From: Candidatus Moraniibacteriota bacterium
Lineage (GTDB): Bacteria; Patescibacteriota; Minisyncoccia; Moranbacterales; UBA1568
NCBI GenBank assembly: GCA_023261695.1
Contig: JAHFON010000002.1
Location: 11,467-75,466, forward strand
Direction of reading: 5' to 3'
DNA length: 64,000 nucleotides
Part shown: one piece after another, positions 9,655 to 18,129 of the stretch
Numbering within the stretch: position 1 is the stretch's first letter
Layout: every line of letters starts with the position of its first letter
Notes under the pieces: generated by a model
Seen by the model: the letters and a program-made list of their open reading frames with translations, nothing else
Databases searched by the model: none
Told to the model about the DNA's origin: nothing
Program-made: the position numbers and the translations under genes

Positions 9655-10737
9655 ATGACGCGACGTATTTTTTTTGCTATGATGAACGTAAAAAATAGTA
9701 TGTATGAAAGTGGTCCTGATAATATACATCGCCAGCAGAATGCGAAAAAGGAAGTAGAGCAGAAGCGTTATTCTCGAGAGTCTGTGGATGAGGCGTGGCG
9801 GAAATTGCATTTTGAGGTGAACGGTAGGCAAGTTGAGTTGTATGGCGTTTTACACGTGCCTGAAACGCTTGAAGTTGACGAATATCGCGAAACACTGAAA
9901 CAAGCGATCGCGCGCGCTTCGCTTGTTGTGATTGAGTCTATGCCAACCGCCTCCGGAATGCATTCGGAGAGATTTATAAAATTTATACTGGAAATGGCGG
10001 AAAAATCTAGCGAGAAAATATCACGGGAGCCAATTGTGAATTTTTTTGAGACAGAAAAGTCTGGCCGATTTTTTCGCCAAATTGAAAATTTTGCTGCGAA
10101 TCTGCACAAAAAAGCGGCTATGGTAGATCCGTGGATTCAGAACATTGAACATCCAGTCGTCGTGTATGATTTGTTGCGCAGAGACTCCGATGTTCTTACC
10201 ACGAAAACAGTACTTGGAATGTTGGGGACAATAGCTTTTGCTTTTTATAATCTCACCGGCAATAAAGCGAATATAAAAAATGAACAAACGGATAACAGCC
10301 CCGGTTTGTCGGGGAAAAGCGGTTTGACGCGGAGACAATTTTTAAAAGGTTTGTCCGGGGCCGTTATGGGCGGCGGTTGGTTGTCTTCTATGGCCTCTGT
10401 GATAGACAGCAGTTCTGGGATTAGTGTGCGGGGTGGTCGCGCGGACAATCCGCTGGGTCCTTTTTTATACAATCTTCTAGATTATAGAGATGTGACTGTT
10501 GCAAAGGGACTGGATATACTAACGAAAAAAGAGTTAGGTGAAGGTCCGATCGTGATGATTTACGGCGCTGGTCACGCGTCGGCGATACGCCATTACGCTG
10601 AAGCTTCTTTGGAACGCGAGGCAAAATATACCACCTACGCGCCTTATCGCTCGGTGGATCCGCCGCAGCTACACACTTATGAGTTTGACGCGTCCAAAAA
10701 AGAATGGGTTACGGTTGAAATGGCGGATATCTTATAG
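9655..10737 (+). CDS. Hypothetical membrane protein, TraB/GumN-like motifs, internal twin-arginine-like motif
   Basis: LYGVLH near N-terminus, IYGAGH near C-terminus, LTRRQFLKG internally; start uncertain. Confidence 0.55.
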   Translation: MTRRIFFAMMNVKNSMYESGPDNIHRQQNAKKEVEQKRYSRESVDEAWRKLHFEVNGRQVELYGVLHVPETLEVDEYRETLKQAIARASLVVIESMPTASGMHSERFIKFILEMAEKSSEKISREPIVNFFETEKSGRFFRQIENFAANLHKKAAMVDPWIQNIEHPVVVYDLLRRDSDVLTTKTVLGMLGTIAFAFYNLTGNKANIKNEQTDNSPGLSGKSGLTRRQFLKGLSGAVMGGGWLSSMASVIDSSSGISVRGGRADNPLGPFLYNLLDYRDVTVAKGLDILTKKELGEGPIVMIYGAGHASAIRHYAEASLEREAKYTTYAPYRSVDPPQLHTYEFDASKKEWVTVEMADIL

Positions 10738-10774
10738 TGGGTTATAAGAAAACGCATCAAAAATTTTTAGAAAG

Positions 10775-11548
10775 CTAGAACTTAGTTGGCTTATCATATT
10801 TTCCTTCCAAGCCTTTCCACGTAATTTCAAATACTTCACGCAAAGCCTTGGCTAATTTGGGGGATTCAATGATGAGTGATTGAACGCTCTCAATGAGCGC
10901 GATGCGTACGAACTGGTCGTCGCATGATTCAATAGATACTTTAGCGCTATACATATTTTCAGGGAGAAATTTACCCGTAATTTCTGTTGTTTCTGGCAAG
11001 AGCCACTTCGCGTATGGCTTTAGTGTCGGCGTGTCCACCGTCAATCCCATCACATGGGTATGATGGCGTTCTTTGTATTCGTTCCATTCATAAAAAACTT
11101 CGTTTACTTCGGATGAAGCATCTTCAGGGTTGGCAAAAAATCCAACTATATTTTTTTCATGCAATTCCTTTTTTTTATAATCATACGCCTGTCGCAAGCC
11201 TTCAATACCTTCAAAGTACAGAACACTTGCCTTTTCAGAGGTTTCTTTTTGGAGAGACTTCAATTCCGGTAAAACACTTTTTGTTTTAAGCAGTTTCGCT
11301 TCTTGCGCTTCCAAAACAGCTTCCGGTGAACGGGCGATGTAGCGTTTTGGCTCTTCGCCGGGAACGTGTACGATTAGGCCCTTTACCACCAATTCTTCGG
11401 CAATCACATAGGCCGTCGGGCGTTTCAATCCCGCTTTTTGCGCGATCCGGTACGGGGTGGCCGGTCCAAGCTGAAGTAAAGCCAAATATATCTTTGCCTC
11501 TTTTTCACTTAATCCGAGATTTTTCAATGGTTCAATGAGATGTTGCAT
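10775..11548 (-). CDS. TrmB-family transcriptional regulator
   Basis: LGLSEKEAKIYLALL..GPAT...IAQKAGLKRPTAY HTH; YFEGIEGL; ATG at 11548 preferred. Confidence 0.85.
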   Translation of the reverse strand: MQHLIEPLKNLGLSEKEAKIYLALLQLGPATPYRIAQKAGLKRPTAYVIAEELVVKGLIVHVPGEEPKRYIARSPEAVLEAQEAKLLKTKSVLPELKSLQKETSEKASVLYFEGIEGLRQAYDYKKKELHEKNIVGFFANPEDASSEVNEVFYEWNEYKERHHTHVMGLTVDTPTLKPYAKWLLPETTEITGKFLPENMYSAKVSIESCDDQFVRIALIESVQSLIIESPKLAKALREVFEITWKGLEGKYDKPTKF

Positions 11549-11696
11549 AGGGATGATTATGTCCAGTATACACCTATTTGTAATATTAGTCAATAATTTT
11601 GACAAATACAACTGTCATATTGTCGAGCACTCTTTATATTAAGCCACAAAGTAGCTATATTTAGGGATATTTTTACCATAAAAATAGACTATATTA

Positions 11697-11725
11697 TTGA
11701 CCTTTTGACGATTATTTGCTATACT
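11697..11725 (+). promoter_or_regulatory. Sigma70-type promoter
   Basis: TTGACC-17 nt-TATACT. Confidence 0.75.
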
Positions 11726-11731
11726 GCTCTT

Positions 11732-12152
11732 TCAATGATGAGGACAGCAACACTCGCTTTGAAAAGTTCTTTAATTTCCATATTAAAGTTTGCGCGTTCG
11801 CTAAATCCGTATCGGCGAAATGAGAGAAGGCCTATGAGTTCGGGCGCTCTCGGCTATGCCGTGTTCCGAGACATCTCGGAATGTTTCCGAAATAACCAAA
11901 AAGTTGTTTCGGATAGTCAGAGAACTTAATCTTGGACAGGGGACGTAAAATACCACAACCCCAGCGTATTGGTAACGGTCATACCAATTTCCAAGAGACG
12001 CACAAAAAATAAGTAACGAGGTGTGGTTTGTAAATAAAATGGAAAGTTACTTGCAACCATAATCGTAACCGAGCAGGAAAACCGTTTTGATGCGGCATAG
12101 GAGGGCGCAACAAAAACGGCGAGTACGTAAGCTCTCGGTGAATAACCGAAAG
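11732..12152 (+). ncRNA. Candidate large structured RNA / leader (domain 1)
   Basis: No credible ORF; many nested helices, e.g. 11864-11881, 11886-11913, TCTTGGA/TCCAAGA 11930-11996, long-range 11789-11798 with 11997-12006. Confidence 0.5.
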
Positions 12153-12162
12153 GAGGCCGATA

Positions 12163-12618
12163 CTGAAAAGTGTCGCCTTTGTCACCTACAACGCAGTAGG
12201 TGAAGACCTTTCGAGCGGTTGGCACGGCTCAGACGACCGAATGGCCCTCGTGTTGCAAAACACGAAGGGCGATGGGGGTCTCAATAGAGGCCACATCGGG
12301 ACCGAGCGACGTCGTGAAGAGATCGGCATTCTCTGGGAGAAACTCCAAGAGTCACTACCCTATCTCGATCACGTCGTGGTCTACGTCGGAGCGTCAGGGT
12401 CGGAGCGAGTCATTGCACTGGCAGCACAGTTGCCTGCGTCAAAGGTCACGTTCGTCGGCTGTGATTGCGGGCTTCCTAACAAGGAGGCTCTCATCCAAGC
12501 GGCTGACTTGGACGATGCGCGGCGGATACTCTGCGAGTGCGGTGGTCGCCGAACCATGAAGTTGCTTTTTCAGAACTTCATGGAAACCGGTGAGCTCCTT
12601 CTGGCTGTGCCAGCCTAG
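12163..12618 (+). CDS. Hypothetical Cys-motif protein (CDC, CECGG), probable CTG start
   Basis: AGGAGG at 12151-12156, 6 nt before in-frame CTG; frame open into the 12241-12618 ORF. Confidence 0.65.
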   Translation: MKSVAFVTYNAVGEDLSSGWHGSDDRMALVLQNTKGDGGLNRGHIGTERRREEIGILWEKLQESLPYLDHVVVYVGASGSERVIALAAQLPASKVTFVGCDCGLPNKEALIQAADLDDARRILCECGGRRTMKLLFQNFMETGELLLAVPA

Positions 12619-12619
12619 C

Positions 12620-12995
12620 TCTCGCTCACCAAGAATGGTGCTCTCTGCGGAAGAGGGTTCTGGCAGTAGGCAGTAATCGGTCCTGCCAGAAGCGCTGTCA
12701 AAGGGGAAGCATTCCGCAAGTGCCCGTGCAAACCCAAGCAGGGTTCGCCCTGAGATGTCGCCACCGAAAAGCGCGGCATCGCGAAAGACTAATGCACGGC
12801 TCTACCGTCACTCTAGAACACGAGTCAAAACTGTTTGGTTGCGAGGTAAGCTGGTGGGAATAACTCGCAACCTCTTCCGCAAGGAAGACGGCAAGGTCAA
12901 CGCCGATAATGACTACCACTTTGGAGAAAAAGAATGAATCTATTTTTTTTCTCCTCTCAATTGAGATTTCAATTATGAAATTGAAGTTTCATAGA
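12620..12995 (+). ncRNA. Candidate large structured RNA (domain 2)
   Basis: TTCTGGCAG/CTGCCAGAA, CCGTGCA/TGCACGG, CAGGG-TTCG-CCCTG, GGTTGCGAG/CTCGCAACC, TCTTCC-GCAA-GGAAGA. Confidence 0.55.
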
Positions 12996-13037
12996 GAAAA
13001 AGTTCTTTTCAAACCTTTTCAAACAAGGAGGAATACA

Positions 13038-13190
13038 ATGAGGGAATTGAGCGGTGCAGAAATGATCGCGCGAGGACTCGGTATGCTGTTAGCGGAAAGT
13101 GTAGGAAATCAAGAGGCAATAGAGATCTGCAATGAAATGATGATAATGTTGTTCAAACTGGAAAAAACTGCAAAAAACCATCAAGGATAG
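13038..13190 (+). CDS. Small hypothetical protein (50 aa)
   Basis: AAGGAGG SD before ATG 13038. Confidence 0.6.
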   Translation: MRELSGAEMIARGLGMLLAESVGNQEAIEICNEMMIMLFKLEKTAKNHQG

Positions 13191-13201
13191 GAGGAAAAAT
13201 C

Positions 13202-13510
13202 ATGGCAAAGTTGAATTTCTATCAGCTAACAGATCGTCAATCCGATGAAAGTAAGACTGTTCTTCGTGAAGGCGACAAGATGATTTTTTACCGTGAAAGC
13301 GGACTTGTTCGCTTTTCCCGAGATGGTAGGCCGCTTTACGGGTGTATGGGTGATGATAAATGTATCATTGGAAATAATAAAAGCTTTATGATTAGCGTAC
13401 TTCATCATTTTGGGATAGGCGTGGATCTGGTTGCTGAGAAAAATGATTTGATAATATATAAGCTCCGACAGTTGAGTAGTTTTTCAACGAGGTCTGCGCG
13501 AAAAGCGTGA
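13202..13510 (+). CDS. Hypothetical protein
   Basis: AGGAGG SD overlapping the upstream stop. Confidence 0.65.
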   Translation: MAKLNFYQLTDRQSDESKTVLREGDKMIFYRESGLVRFSRDGRPLYGCMGDDKCIIGNNKSFMISVLHHFGIGVDLVAEKNDLIIYKLRQLSSFSTRSARKA

Positions 13511-13525
13511 GGGAGGAAGGTAAAA

Positions 13526-13828
13526 ATGGTACAGTTCTTGAGATTTGTGACTGATCTTGTAGAGGTTTGGTTGGAAGTGATGATGACAATAGTCACGACC
13601 TATCCGTGGCTTGCGTGGACTCTCGTTGTATTGGTGGTTCTTGGGATTGTTTTGGAGCTGTATTGGCAGATATTCGCCAGTCCTGAGGAGCGCCGCCGCG
13701 ATGAAGAATGCCGGCGCTATGTCAAAGAACATCGCCGTAAAGAGATGTCCGAGAGTTTGCGGCGTGAAGTGGATAGGCGGAGAGTAGTTTACTCTTCGTT
13801 ATTAAAGCCGTCGAGTAGGTGGCGATAA
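13526..13828 (+). CDS. Small membrane protein with Arg-rich tail
   Basis: GGAGG SD; hydrophobic helix WLAWTLVVLVVLGIVL. Confidence 0.65.
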   Translation: MVQFLRFVTDLVEVWLEVMMTIVTTYPWLAWTLVVLVVLGIVLELYWQIFASPEERRRDEECRRYVKEHRRKEMSESLRREVDRRRVVYSSLLKPSSRWR

Positions 13829-13845
13829 AGAAGGGGAAAGTTTCT

Positions 13846-13887
13846 GGGGACGAGAGAAGTAATAGCTTCACTCTCGTCCCCATTTTT
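13846..13887 (+). terminator. Intrinsic terminator
   Basis: GGGGACGAGAG...CTCTCGTCCCC followed by ATTTTT. Confidence 0.8.
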
Positions 13888-13973
13888 ATGATCTAATTTT
13901 AGTAACGAGTAACTTCCTAATCAAGTTTTCTATAAGTAATTCTCTGGATTGTTTTTATATCATCTTGTGGAGC

Positions 13974-14000
13974 CTAGATTCCCGCCTTCGCGGGAATGAC
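13974..14000. repeat. dRS3/RPE-like palindromic element
   Basis: ATTCCC-N8-GGGAAT (ATTCCCGCCTTCGCGGGAAT). Confidence 0.7.
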
Positions 14001-14030
14001 AAAGAAACAAATTTAATGTCATGTTTATAA

Positions 14031-15809
14031 TTACAGCGCGCGTTTCTTTTCCTCCTCTTTGTAACAAATGAGAGTATCGCCGACCTGGATTTTGACATTG
14101 CCTTCAAAGACGATGCCGCATTCGTTGCCTTGATTGACTTCATCTGCGTTTTGTTTGTTCTGCTGAAGATTCATCATTTTACCTTGTCCGATAATTTCTC
14201 CATCGCGTTTGATTTCAATCAGCGAGCCGCGCAACATTTTGCCGGAACTCACGCGTCCGCCGACGATCATATCGCGTTTGCCGGTTTTGAAAATGGCCAG
14301 CACGGAAAGTTCTCCGTAGTCCGTCCGTATGATTTCCGGAGGCAGGAGCGCCGCCAGTTTTTCTTTGACCGCTTCCACTAATTTGTAAATGATGTTATAG
14401 GTTTCTATTTGTATCTTGCTGGCTTCAGCCAGGCGTTTAGCAACGGAAGTCGGCTCACTATTGAAGCCCAAAATAAGAGCGCCGGCGCTTTCCGCGATTC
14501 TGACATCGGATTCTGTAATACTGCCCACGCCCGATGAAATGATGTTCAGCGCCACTTCTGGAGATTCAATGCTGGAAAGAATTTGTTCAACGGCTTCCAA
14601 CGATCCTTGCATATCGGCTTTAAGGATGAGCGTCAGTTTTTTCTTTTGGTCATCTTCTTCTTGAATTTTGCTTAATTTTTTAACGCTGGCTTCTTGGGAT
14701 TTCTCGCGCGCTAAAGTCTTGCCGCTGACGACTTGCACGACGTCATTGACTTGCGGCGCGGTATTGAATCCATAGATGATGGTCGGAACGGATGGACCGG
14801 CTTGCTCCAAATTCTTGCCGCTCCAGTCTTCAATGCGGCGGATGCGGCCGAAAGAACCTCCGCTGATAATGTCTTGGCCGACTTTGAGTGTGCCGGTACG
14901 CACCAGTGCGGTGGCCACAGGCCCCTTTTGAGGATCCAAGTGGGACTCCAGCACGATGGCCAGTCCGTCGCGTTTGGAATCGGCGCGAAAATCTTCCACT
15001 TCGGCGAGCAGAGCGATATTTTCCAGCAGTTTGTCTATACCGATATTGTTTTTGGCGCTAATTTCCGCGCACATAGTGTCGCCGCCCCATTCTTCAAAAA
15101 GAATGCCGTGCTCGGCTAATTCCTGTTTCACCCGCTCAGGTTTGGCATCCGGTTTGTCTATTTTGTTGATGGCCACTATGACCGGCAATTTGCGTTCCTT
15201 GATGTACGCGATGACTTCTTTGGTTTGCGGACGCACGCCGTCATCCGCCGCGACCACGAGAATGGCGATGTCGGCGATGGACAATCCGCGCTTACGCATC
15301 GCGGCGAAGGCCTCGTGTCCCGGAGTATCAATGAAGGTGATGATTTGTTTGCGTTTTTTCGTTTGATAGGCGCTGATGTGTTGGGTGATGCCGCCCGCTT
15401 CGCCGGCCGCGACGTTAGCTTTGCGTATCGTGTCCAGTAATGTCGTCTTGCCATGATCCACATGGCCTAAAATTGTCACGATCGGTGCGCGCGGGAGAAG
15501 ATTTTTTCCGGAACTTTTTTCTTGAGCAATGAGTTTGTCCAGCTCTTCCAGAGTAAGGCGGCCGCCCTCGGTTTTCTCTTCGGCTGGTTCTGTTTCAAAT
15601 TCCAAATCTCCCGCGATAATACTGGCGGTATCATAATCAATCTCCTCGTTGATAGTTGCCAGAATGCCGTTTTTCATCAATTCTGTAATGATAGTCGCTA
15701 CCGGCAATTGCAAAATCTCGCTCAATTTTTTGACGCTGACGGAAGAAGGGATTGTCACTTTTTTCTTAGGCTGGCTAGCGGTATCGCTAGAATTTTCCTG
15801 TGGAGACAT
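14031..15809 (-). CDS. infB: Translation initiation factor IF-2 (short N-terminus)
   Basis: GHVDHGKTTLLD, GGITQHI, DTPGHEAF, NKID. Confidence 0.97.
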   Translation of the reverse strand: MSPQENSSDTASQPKKKVTIPSSVSVKKLSEILQLPVATIITELMKNGILATINEEIDYDTASIIAGDLEFETEPAEEKTEGGRLTLEELDKLIAQEKSSGKNLLPRAPIVTILGHVDHGKTTLLDTIRKANVAAGEAGGITQHISAYQTKKRKQIITFIDTPGHEAFAAMRKRGLSIADIAILVVAADDGVRPQTKEVIAYIKERKLPVIVAINKIDKPDAKPERVKQELAEHGILFEEWGGDTMCAEISAKNNIGIDKLLENIALLAEVEDFRADSKRDGLAIVLESHLDPQKGPVATALVRTGTLKVGQDIISGGSFGRIRRIEDWSGKNLEQAGPSVPTIIYGFNTAPQVNDVVQVVSGKTLAREKSQEASVKKLSKIQEEDDQKKKLTLILKADMQGSLEAVEQILSSIESPEVALNIISSGVGSITESDVRIAESAGALILGFNSEPTSVAKRLAEASKIQIETYNIIYKLVEAVKEKLAALLPPEIIRTDYGELSVLAIFKTGKRDMIVGGRVSSGKMLRGSLIEIKRDGEIIGQGKMMNLQQNKQNADEVNQGNECGIVFEGNVKIQVGDTLICYKEEEKKRAL

Positions 15810-15872
15810 AAAATATACAGTTTAGTTACGCGTTGATGATAAATATAAGTAAATAAGTTTGAAATTTTTGCG

Positions 15873-16391
15873 TTAAACGGCGACAGGTTTGCCTTGCATG
15901 GCTTGAGTGATGGCTGACTTTTCTTCTTCGGTGAAAGGGAAACTGCCGGCCTGTCCGGCGACGACTGGTTTGGCGTAAACGCGCGTGCTTTCGCGAGTAT
16001 GGAGCGATGAGATAACGAGTCCGGAATTCTTGCCGTCTAGGAGTACCACGCAAAAGCTTTGATTGCCGCCGACTTCTTTGAAGGGATTGAAACGGAGCAC
16101 GCTCGTTTTGTGAAGACTTTTCATTCCGAGCTCGCGCAAGCGATTGGAAATTTCAAAAAGTTCCTGAATTTCCCCATCCAATTCCCTGATTTCTTTTAGT
16201 TGATCCAGCAACACCTTTTCCAAATCCTGGGCATTTTTACCGGAAAAGAAAGCGGACAATTTTTGGTTTAGCCGGCGGTTCTGCATCCACAAAAAAATCA
16301 AAATCACAAAAAGAATCGCCTCTCCCAATATCAGAACCCCAAAACTGAGGTTTATGACAGCGGGCGAAAATTCTTGGGTGAAAACCAACAT
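15873..16391 (-). CDS. DUF4446-family protein
   Basis: N-terminal TM; RFNPF..GGNQSF, SSLHTR...RVYAKP. Confidence 0.8.
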   Translation of the reverse strand: MLVFTQEFSPAVINLSFGVLILGEAILFVILIFLWMQNRRLNQKLSAFFSGKNAQDLEKVLLDQLKEIRELDGEIQELFEISNRLRELGMKSLHKTSVLRFNPFKEVGGNQSFCVVLLDGKNSGLVISSLHTRESTRVYAKPVVAGQAGSFPFTEEEKSAITQAMQGKPVAV

Positions 16392-16521
16392 AGGCGGCGT
16401 TTATGGGACTTCTCGTTCACGTTATCACCATTTTGGCTTAATGTAAACTCTGGCTGTCGCAAAGCGTATCAATGGACGAGCGGGTTAAACTCAAGTATAA
16501 TCCACATAAAGAGCGAAAAAT

Positions 16522-17352
16522 ATGATACATTTTTTCAATGGTAAATTGGTTTCCGAGAGCGAGCTTGTGATATCGCCTCGTGACTTGGGATTTTCCCGCG
16601 GCTACGGGGTGTTTGATTTCTTGAAAACCTATCCGCATCATCGCCCGTTCAAATTACGCGAACACATTGACCGGCTTTTTAACTCGGCTAATCTGATCGG
16701 CCTTCAAATCCCTTGGGATAAAGAACAGATGCAGAAATGGGTGATGACCACGCTGGAAGCTAACCAAACCGCTGAAGAAAAATTCATCAAAATTATTATT
16801 TCCGGCGGAGCGTCTGACACGATGTTGCCTGCGGGGGATCCGACTATTGTGGTATTGGTGAACGAGGCGGTGGCATATCCGAAGGAGCATTACGAAAAAG
16901 GCATCGGCGTGATCGCAGTCAAACATACGCGCTATACTCCGGAGGCGAAATCCAATAATTATATTGAAGGCGTCAAGCAAACACAGAAAGCTCACAAGCT
17001 GGGAGCGGTGGAACCGATTTACTATTCCGACACCCAAGTTTTTGAGGGTTCCAACAGTAATATTTTCGCTATACTCAATGGCAAGCTGACAACTTCCGCC
17101 AATAATATTTTAGAGGGCGTAACTCGGAGCGTGTTGCTGGAAATTTTGAAGTTGGATGTGCCGGTTGAAGTGAGAGATTTTAGTTTTGACGAATTGCTGA
17201 GCGCGACAGAAGTGTTTTTAACCGGTAGCGGCAAAGAGGTTACGCCGGTTACTTTGATTGACGGCCAGCCGGTAGGGAGTGGCGCGGTGGGACCGGTGAC
17301 CCAAGAAGTGATGCGTCAATATCAAGCGTATGTTTATTCCGATTTGTGGTAA
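16522..17352 (+). CDS. Class IV PLP aminotransferase (IlvE/Dat-like)
   Basis: RGYGVFD, HIDRL, AKSNNY, EGSNSNIF, ILEGVTR. Confidence 0.9.
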   Translation: MIHFFNGKLVSESELVISPRDLGFSRGYGVFDFLKTYPHHRPFKLREHIDRLFNSANLIGLQIPWDKEQMQKWVMTTLEANQTAEEKFIKIIISGGASDTMLPAGDPTIVVLVNEAVAYPKEHYEKGIGVIAVKHTRYTPEAKSNNYIEGVKQTQKAHKLGAVEPIYYSDTQVFEGSNSNIFAILNGKLTTSANNILEGVTRSVLLEILKLDVPVEVRDFSFDELLSATEVFLTGSGKEVTPVTLIDGQPVGSGAVGPVTQEVMRQYQAYVYSDLW

Positions 17353-17364
17353 TTTATCTATTTT

Positions 17365-18069
17365 ATGAGACTGCTAATAAAATTATCTGGTGAGAGTTTG
17401 AGCGATGGCACGGACGCTGTACACAATCAGTACAATGAACGGACGCTGGAAACTATAGTCGCTGGAATAAAAGCGCTTCAGGAAAAAAAACATGCCATCG
17501 CGTTGGTAGTGGGCGGCGGCAATCTGTTTCGCGGCCGTGAACTGACGGGGAAACTCGCCATTGAACGTCCGACGGCGGATTATATCGGAATGTTGGCTAC
17601 GGCCCAAAACGCATTGGTGCTTCGTGATTACTTCAAGTCAAAAGGGGTGGAAACGCGCGTGTCCTCAGCGATTTCTATGCCGCAAATTTGCGAGGGTTAT
17701 ATTCCCAAAAGAGCGGAAAGACATCTGGCGAAAGGCAGAGTGGTGATATTCGCCGCGGGGTTGGGCGCTCCGTACTTTACAACTGATTCTACTTCTGTTC
17801 AGCGCGCGCTGGAAATGAATATGGATCTCTTGGTTATGGCCAAAAACGGAGTAGACGGATTGTATACCGCCGCTCCGGAAAACGACGCGTCAGCCACTCT
17901 TATCAAAGAGATCAGCGCGAGCGAAGTGTTGGAAAAGAACCTCAAGATAGCCGATCAATCCGCTATCGCGCTGGCCAAAGAGCATAACCTGACAATCAAG
18001 GTCATCGGCGTGGCGGATATTGCCCGCGCGCTTAACGCGGAAGTCGGCTCTATCATCCAGCCAAAATAG
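17365..18069 (+). CDS. pyrH: UMP kinase
   Basis: IKLSGE, VGGGNLFRG, ADYIGMLAT, PYFTTD. Confidence 0.93.
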   Translation: MRLLIKLSGESLSDGTDAVHNQYNERTLETIVAGIKALQEKKHAIALVVGGGNLFRGRELTGKLAIERPTADYIGMLATAQNALVLRDYFKSKGVETRVSSAISMPQICEGYIPKRAERHLAKGRVVIFAAGLGAPYFTTDSTSVQRALEMNMDLLVMAKNGVDGLYTAAPENDASATLIKEISASEVLEKNLKIADQSAIALAKEHNLTIKVIGVADIARALNAEVGSIIQPK

Positions 18070-18129
18070 CGTATGCAGAATACTATTTCCCGATGTATCT
18101 TAAAGAAAGAGCGCTTAAGATAATCACCT

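Noticed and set aside
12620-12915. RNase P RNA or group II intron
   Set aside because: No GAGGAAAGUCC P4 motif and no recognisable domain V
11938-12937. tmRNA interpretation (GGGGACGTAA start; ADNDYHFGEKE* tag-like peptide)
   Set aside because: No tRNA-like 3' end with T-arm and CCA; peptide lacks the hydrophobic Ala-Ala end; GGGG pairs locally with CCCC
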